Source of the DNA: an uncultured Actinomycetes bacterium
GTDB taxonomy: Bacteria; Actinomycetota; Thermoleophilia; UBA2241
Direction of reading: 5' to 3'
Assembly: GCA_963725665.1 (NCBI GenBank)
Contig: CAVRZA010000006.1
Span: 480,001 to 544,000, forward strand
Length of the DNA stretch: 64,000 nt
Shown: positions 59,598-64,000 of the stretch, piece by piece
Position numbering within the stretch: position 1 is the first letter of the stretch
Layout of the letters: each line of letters begins with the position of its first letter
Program-made: the position numbers and the translations under genes
The notes under the pieces: model-generated
What the model saw: the letters and a program-made list of their open reading frames with translations, nothing else
Databases searched by the model: none
What the model was told of the DNA's origin: nothing

Positions 59598-61199
59598 CTA
59601 GGCCGCCGGCCGCTCCTGCTCGCCCTCGAACGACTCGCCCTCGAAGCCAGCGCCGCCGACGGCCCGCGCAGCGGTCGCACCGGCCACGCCTTGACCCGGT
59701 TCCTCGACGACTCCGCTCGCCGTGACCTCGGAGCCCCTGAGCATGGTGATCGTCAGGACGACGCCCGTCAGCGTGATGGCGAGGAGCACGATGAAGGCGA
59801 TGTGGAAGCCGTGCACGAGCGCGGCAGCTCCCGTCGCCGCCGAAGGGGCGTGACTTGTCAGGTAGTTGGAGGTTGCGGTGGTCGCGATCGTCGTGATCGC
59901 AGCCAGGCCGACGGCGCCGCCGATCTGCTGGCTCGTGTTGATCATGCCCGATGCGGCGCCCGCCTCACCGGGCCTGACCCCGGTCAATGAGGAGATCTGG
60001 ATCGGCACGAAGGTGAGACCGAGGCCGACGCCGCCGATGAGGAAGCCCGGCAGGATGTCGCTCACGTAGCTGCCGCCCACCGGCAGACGAGCGTAGAAGA
60101 CGATCGCGAGACTCACCAGCAGCAAGCCGGCCGTCAGCACGATCCGCGGGCCGAGCCGGGTCACCAGGGCCTGCGCCACGACGGCCACGACGACCAGGGT
60201 CACGGTGCTGGCCACGTAGGCGACGCCGGTCCTCATGGCGGAGTAGCCCAGCACCTGCTGCATGTACAGCGTGAGCAGGAAGAACTGCGAGAAGAGCGCC
60301 CCGCCGACCAGCAGTCCGACGAGGTTCGCGGTGCGCGGCACCGGCAGCCGCAGCACTCTCAGCGGCAGAACCGGATTGCTCGTCCGGAGCTCGATGACGA
60401 CGAAGGTCACGAGCAGCACCCCCGAGAGGGCCAGCAAGAAGACGGTCTCCGTGGCGGACCAGCCGATCTGCGTCGCTCGCGTGAGCGCGTAGACGAGCAC
60501 CATCAGGCCGCCGGTGACGGTGACGGCTCCCCAGACGTCGAAACCGCGGCGTCCGATGGGGTTGCCGGCCGGTTCACGCGTGAGGAGGAACGGCGTGAGG
60601 CCGATCAGCGCGGCGCCGATCGGCACGTTGACGTAGAAGATCCACTGCCAACCGAAGGCGCTGGTCAGCACCCCGCCGAGCAGGGTCCCCGCGGCGGCGC
60701 CACTCCCGGCGATGCCGCCCCAGATGCCCAGCGCGAGGTTGCGCTCGCGGCCCTCGGTGAACGTCGTCGCAAGGATCGACAGCGCTGCCGGCGACAGCAG
60801 GGCGCCGCCCAAGCCCTGGAGGGCCCGGAACGCGATCAACGACCCCTCCGACCAGGCGAAGCCGCACATGAGCGAAGCACCAGTGAAGACGGCAAGGCCG
60901 GTCATGAAGACCAGACGCCGGCCGAGCCTGTCAGCGAGGCGGCCACCGAGCAGCAGGAAGCCGCCGAACATGATGGCGTAGGCCGTCAGGACCCACTGCA
61001 GGCTCTGGTTGGTGAAGTTCAGATCGGTGCGGATCGACGGCAGGGCGACGTTCACCACGGCGATGTCGAGCACGACCATGAACTGGGCGACGCAGATGGC
61101 CGCCAGGATGTACCACTTGCGCCGGTCCCAAGCCGACCGGGCGTTCTCAGGATATGCGGCCTCGCGGCCGGCAGGTGCGGATGTCGCGGGGGTAGCCAA
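59598..61199 (-). CDS. MFS transporter, DHA2 (EmrB/QacA) family
   Basis: QFMVVLD..VVNVALP, GGRLADRLGRR, RALQGLG, WIFYVNVPIG; about 14 TM helices. Confidence 0.93.
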   Translation of the reverse strand: MATPATSAPAGREAAYPENARSAWDRRKWYILAAICVAQFMVVLDIAVVNVALPSIRTDLNFTNQSLQWVLTAYAIMFGGFLLLGGRLADRLGRRLVFMTGLAVFTGASLMCGFAWSEGSLIAFRALQGLGGALLSPAALSILATTFTEGRERNLALGIWGGIAGSGAAAGTLLGGVLTSAFGWQWIFYVNVPIGAALIGLTPFLLTREPAGNPIGRRGFDVWGAVTVTGGLMVLVYALTRATQIGWSATETVFLLALSGVLLVTFVVIELRTSNPVLPLRVLRLPVPRTANLVGLLVGGALFSQFFLLTLYMQQVLGYSAMRTGVAYVASTVTLVVVAVVAQALVTRLGPRIVLTAGLLLVSLAIVFYARLPVGGSYVSDILPGFLIGGVGLGLTFVPIQISSLTGVRPGEAGAASGMINTSQQIGGAVGLAAITTIATTATSNYLTSHAPSAATGAAALVHGFHIAFIVLLAITLTGVVLTITMLRGSEVTASGVVEEPGQGVAGATAARAVGGAGFEGESFEGEQERPAA

Positions 61200-61547
61200 C
61201 GCACTCTCCTTGCCTCGGCCGGAAACGTCGGCACCCTCTGCTCTTCAGCTCTCTGCGGCGGCAGCCGCCGCGCCCGGCACGCTTCTACTGAAAAGGCGAA
61301 CCGCGAGGGCTGCGAAGGCCACCCGCGGCGCTCTTGTCTTGCGGCGCAGGCTTCCCCGTGTCGCCTGTCCCTAACCAAAACGAGCGTCGCCGCGCTCGTT
61401 TCTCAGGTGGGGACGGTCATCCCTCGGGCGGGCCGTCGCAGCCCGCGCCGCCGGCAGACCGCCCACGGTCGGAAGACCGGGCCAACGGTTTCCCCGATTG
61501 CGGTCAGGGAAGGTGGCTACTCTCGGCAACTACCCAAAGGAGAGGCT

Positions 61548-61868
61548 GTGGCGAGGTACATGTGGCGCGCCGGATACACGGCGGAGGGGACCAAGGGCCT
61601 CCTGAAAGTGGGAGGCAGCAACCGGCGTCAGGCGGTCGAGCAGCTGGTGAAGAAGGCCGGCGGCACACTCGAGGGTTTCTACTACGCGTTCGGAGAGGAC
61701 GACGTCATCGTCATCGCCGAGCTCCCCGACAACACGACGGCGGCGGCGGCCGCGCTGACCATCTCGAGCTCGGGAGCCGTGCGCGTCACGACGACGGTGC
61801 TGCTGACCCCCGAGGAGATAGACGAGGCGACCCGCAAGCAGGTCGACTACCGGCCCCCGGGCTCCTGA
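61548..61868 (+). CDS. GYD domain protein
   Basis: YTAEG.KGL, GGTLE.FYYAFGEDD, T.VLLTPEEID, YRPPG; AGGAG RBS. Confidence 0.85.
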   Translation: MARYMWRAGYTAEGTKGLLKVGGSNRRQAVEQLVKKAGGTLEGFYYAFGEDDVIVIAELPDNTTAAAAALTISSSGAVRVTTTVLLTPEEIDEATRKQVDYRPPGS

Positions 61869-61951
61869 GGCCGGCAGCGCTGGAACACACGCCGGGCACC
61901 ACCCGGGCGGGGCGGCGGGGGCGGTCGAACGACCGCCCCGGCGCTCGTTCA

Positions 61952-61983
61952 TTGACGACCGCCGCCTCACGGCGTTGTAGACT
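61952..61983 (+). promoter_or_regulatory. MerR-type long-spacer promoter
   Basis: TTGACG-20 nt-TAGACT with a central dyad CGCCG-N5-CGGCG, upstream of a MerR-family remnant. Confidence 0.5.
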
Positions 61984-62013
61984 GAGGCACTCGCCCGCGA
62001 CGACCTCGGCACG

Positions 62014-62466
62014 GTGCCTGTGGACAGAGGGGAAGACGACCTCATCCCGATCCGCCGCTTCGCCGGGCTCACCGGCATCCTCGTGCGCCTGCTGCGCGAC
62101 CTCGACCTGCCCCTGAGCGAAGTCAAGGAGCTGGTCACGCGCGGTGGCGACGAGCAGCTGCGTACCCTGCTCGCGCACCACCGCGAGCGCATCGTCGAGC
62201 GCCACGCGGCGCTCGAGCGCATCCTGGCACGCATCGACGTCGCGCTCGACCAGGGCCGCGGCCTGCTGGCGTACGAGATCGAGCTCGTGACGCTCGAGCC
62301 GCGATGGGTGGTCAGCCGCCGGGCGCACGTCCGCCGTCCGCAGCTTCATGAGCCTCACCGATTCTACGATTCTCCGGCACAGCGGCCGGCATTGCGACGG
62401 GGGTCAGAAGGCAGCGGCAACCAGGAGGCAGCGCTACGACAGAAGGTGAGCGGACCCGCCGTCTAA
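62014..62466 (+). pseudogene. MerR/BmrR-family regulator remnant
   Basis: IPIRRFAGLTGI is fused directly to LVRLLRDLDLPLSEVKEL (HTH core missing), then a coiled coil and only the start of an effector domain. Confidence 0.65.
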
Positions 62467-62614
62467 GAGACGAGTGATGGCACGGTCCGTTCCCCGCTCT
62501 CCGTGCAGGCGGGGGCGATACCGTGCCGATCCCACGTCCGAGCCCAAGGCGGCACACGAACGCGAAGGGGAGACCTTCTAGTCTCCCTCGCAGAGCCATC
62601 GAAGGGGGAAAAGC

Positions 62615-64000
62615 ATGACGGTTCGTCTGATCTTCAGGTCGCGACTCCTCTTACTCGTGGTCGCGATCCTGCTCGTCGCAGGCCTCATGTGGGGGTTAGG
62701 AGGTGCACTGGCCGCCAGTTCGAGCCCCAGCCCGACCAGCGGGAAGATCGTGCTCAAGGTCGGCTGGTTGACCGAGCCCGACAACCTGAACCCGTTCATC
62801 GGCTGGGCCAACTCGTCGTACGAGATCTGGGGGATGAACTACGACTTCCTCTTCGGTTTCGGGGCGAACGAACAGCCGACGCTCGACGTGGCGAGGGAGT
62901 TCCCGACCCAGCAGAACGGCGGCATCTCACCCGACGGCAAGGTCTGGACAGTCCACCTACGCCCCGATCTGAAATGGCAAGACGGGACTCCGTTGACCGC
63001 CGACGACGTCGCCTTCACCTACAACTACGTCGTCAAGAACCACATGGCGCTGATGGCCATCACTACTCTTGGCATCAAGGAGGCAAAGGCCGTCGACCCG
63101 ACCACGGTGCAGATCGTCTGTTCGCATCCCAAGGCCGACATGGAGCACATCTTTCTGCCCATCCTGCCCAAGCACATCTGGGAAAGCGTCCCCCCCGACA
63201 AGGCTCAGAGCACGTACGCCAACAAGCTACCGATCGTCGGCAGCGGCCCCTTCCAGACGGTCGAGTTCGTGCGCGGCAAGTACCTGAAGATGGCCAGGAA
63301 CCCCAACTGGTGGGGCAAGCGACCGACGATCGATGAAGTCCTCTTCGTGACTTACCAGAACGCCAACGCCATGGTCGACGATCTCAAGTCGGGAACGATC
63401 GACGCCGCCTGGGGTATCCCGACGGCGCAGTTCGCGGGGCTCAAGGCGACGGAGGGCATCGCGGCCCTCAACTACATCTACTACAACTGGGACTATCTCA
63501 ACTTCAACGCCTACGACCAGCCCAGCTCGCTGGGCAACCCCGTGCTGCGCGATTGGCGGTTTCGTCACGCCCTGAACTACGCCGTCGACAGGCCACAGCT
63601 CTGCAAGGTCGCCTTCCAGGGCTACGGCATCCCCGGTACCACCATTCTGCCGTCCGGCATGTGGAGCAACCCCGACTACCATTGGCAGCCGCCGGCCGAC
63701 CAGGCCTACACCTTCGATCTCGCCAAAGCCAACCAGCTGCTCGACCAGGCCGGCTACACGCGGGGCGCGAACGGCGCTCGCCTTTTCAAGGGTAAGCCGA
63801 TCAGCCTGCGGCTATGGGCCATGACCGACAGCCCCGAGGCCCAGGCAGAGGGCAGGCTGATCACCGGCTGGTTCCAGCAGCTCGGCCTCAGGATCACGTT
63901 CTCGGTGCTCGAGCGCGGCACCCAGCAGGCCCATCTGTGGAACTTCAAGGGCAACGCCTACGCGCCCGACTTCGACATGTACATCGACGACTGGGCGGGC
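62615..64000 (+). CDS. Peptide/nickel ABC transporter substrate-binding protein (family 5); runs off the window
   Basis: Signal peptide, EPDNLNPF, SPDGKVWT.HLR...KWQDG.PLTADDVAFTY, PILPKHIW, VGSGPF, FRHAL.YAVDR. Confidence 0.92.
   Translation, partial: MTVRLIFRSRLLLLVVAILLVAGLMWGLGGALAASSSPSPTSGKIVLKVGWLTEPDNLNPFIGWANSSYEIWGMNYDFLFGFGANEQPTLDVAREFPTQQNGGISPDGKVWTVHLRPDLKWQDGTPLTADDVAFTYNYVVKNHMALMAITTLGIKEAKAVDPTTVQIVCSHPKADMEHIFLPILPKHIWESVPPDKAQSTYANKLPIVGSGPFQTVEFVRGKYLKMARNPNWWGKRPTIDEVLFVTYQNANAMVDDLKSGTIDAAWGIPTAQFAGLKATEGIAALNYIYYNWDYLNFNAYDQPSSLGNPVLRDWRFRHALNYAVDRPQLCKVAFQGYGIPGTTILPSGMWSNPDYHWQPPADQAYTFDLAKANQLLDQAGYTRGANGARLFKGKPISLRLWAMTDSPEAQAEGRLITGWFQQLGLRITFSVLERGTQQAHLWNFKGNAYAPDFDMYIDDWAG

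Noticed and set aside
62478-62493. Sigma-54 promoter (TGGCACG)
   Set aside because: The -12 TTGC element is absent (the sequence reads GTTC) and the stretch is explained as a hairpin arm.

Overview
High-GC window from a probable actinobacterium; an anaerobic Thermoleophilia-like lineage is my inference from gene content. Most of it is core chromosome: mutM, alr-nnr-acpS-glmS-glmM, rplM-rpsI, hemA-hemC-hemD with a ccmE-F-A-B-C-D (CxxxY-type CcmE) cytochrome c maturation cluster, fur-nikMN, Mo/W cofactor genes with tupABC, two aldehyde dehydrogenases, rpsF-ssb-rpsR-rplI-dnaB (with a LAGLIDADG intein), purC, purA, mscL, hicBA, an MFS transporter and a peptide ABC binding protein. Non-coding elements read directly from the sequence: a glmS ribozyme, a P3-less Moco/Tuco RNA motif ahead of tupA (apparently gating a 40-codon leader ORF), an S6:S18-type rpsF leader with a probable CTG start, a Fur-type operator over a leaderless promoter, and a MerR-type promoter. 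The best candidate for an undescribed system is a basic ~100-aa C-terminal domain shared by two otherwise unrelated secreted beta-propeller proteins, a possible surface-anchoring or sorting tag. Five genes carry +1 frameshifts, probably sequencing errors, and hicA has an in-frame TAG. I saw no tRNA, rRNA, CRISPR array or IS element.
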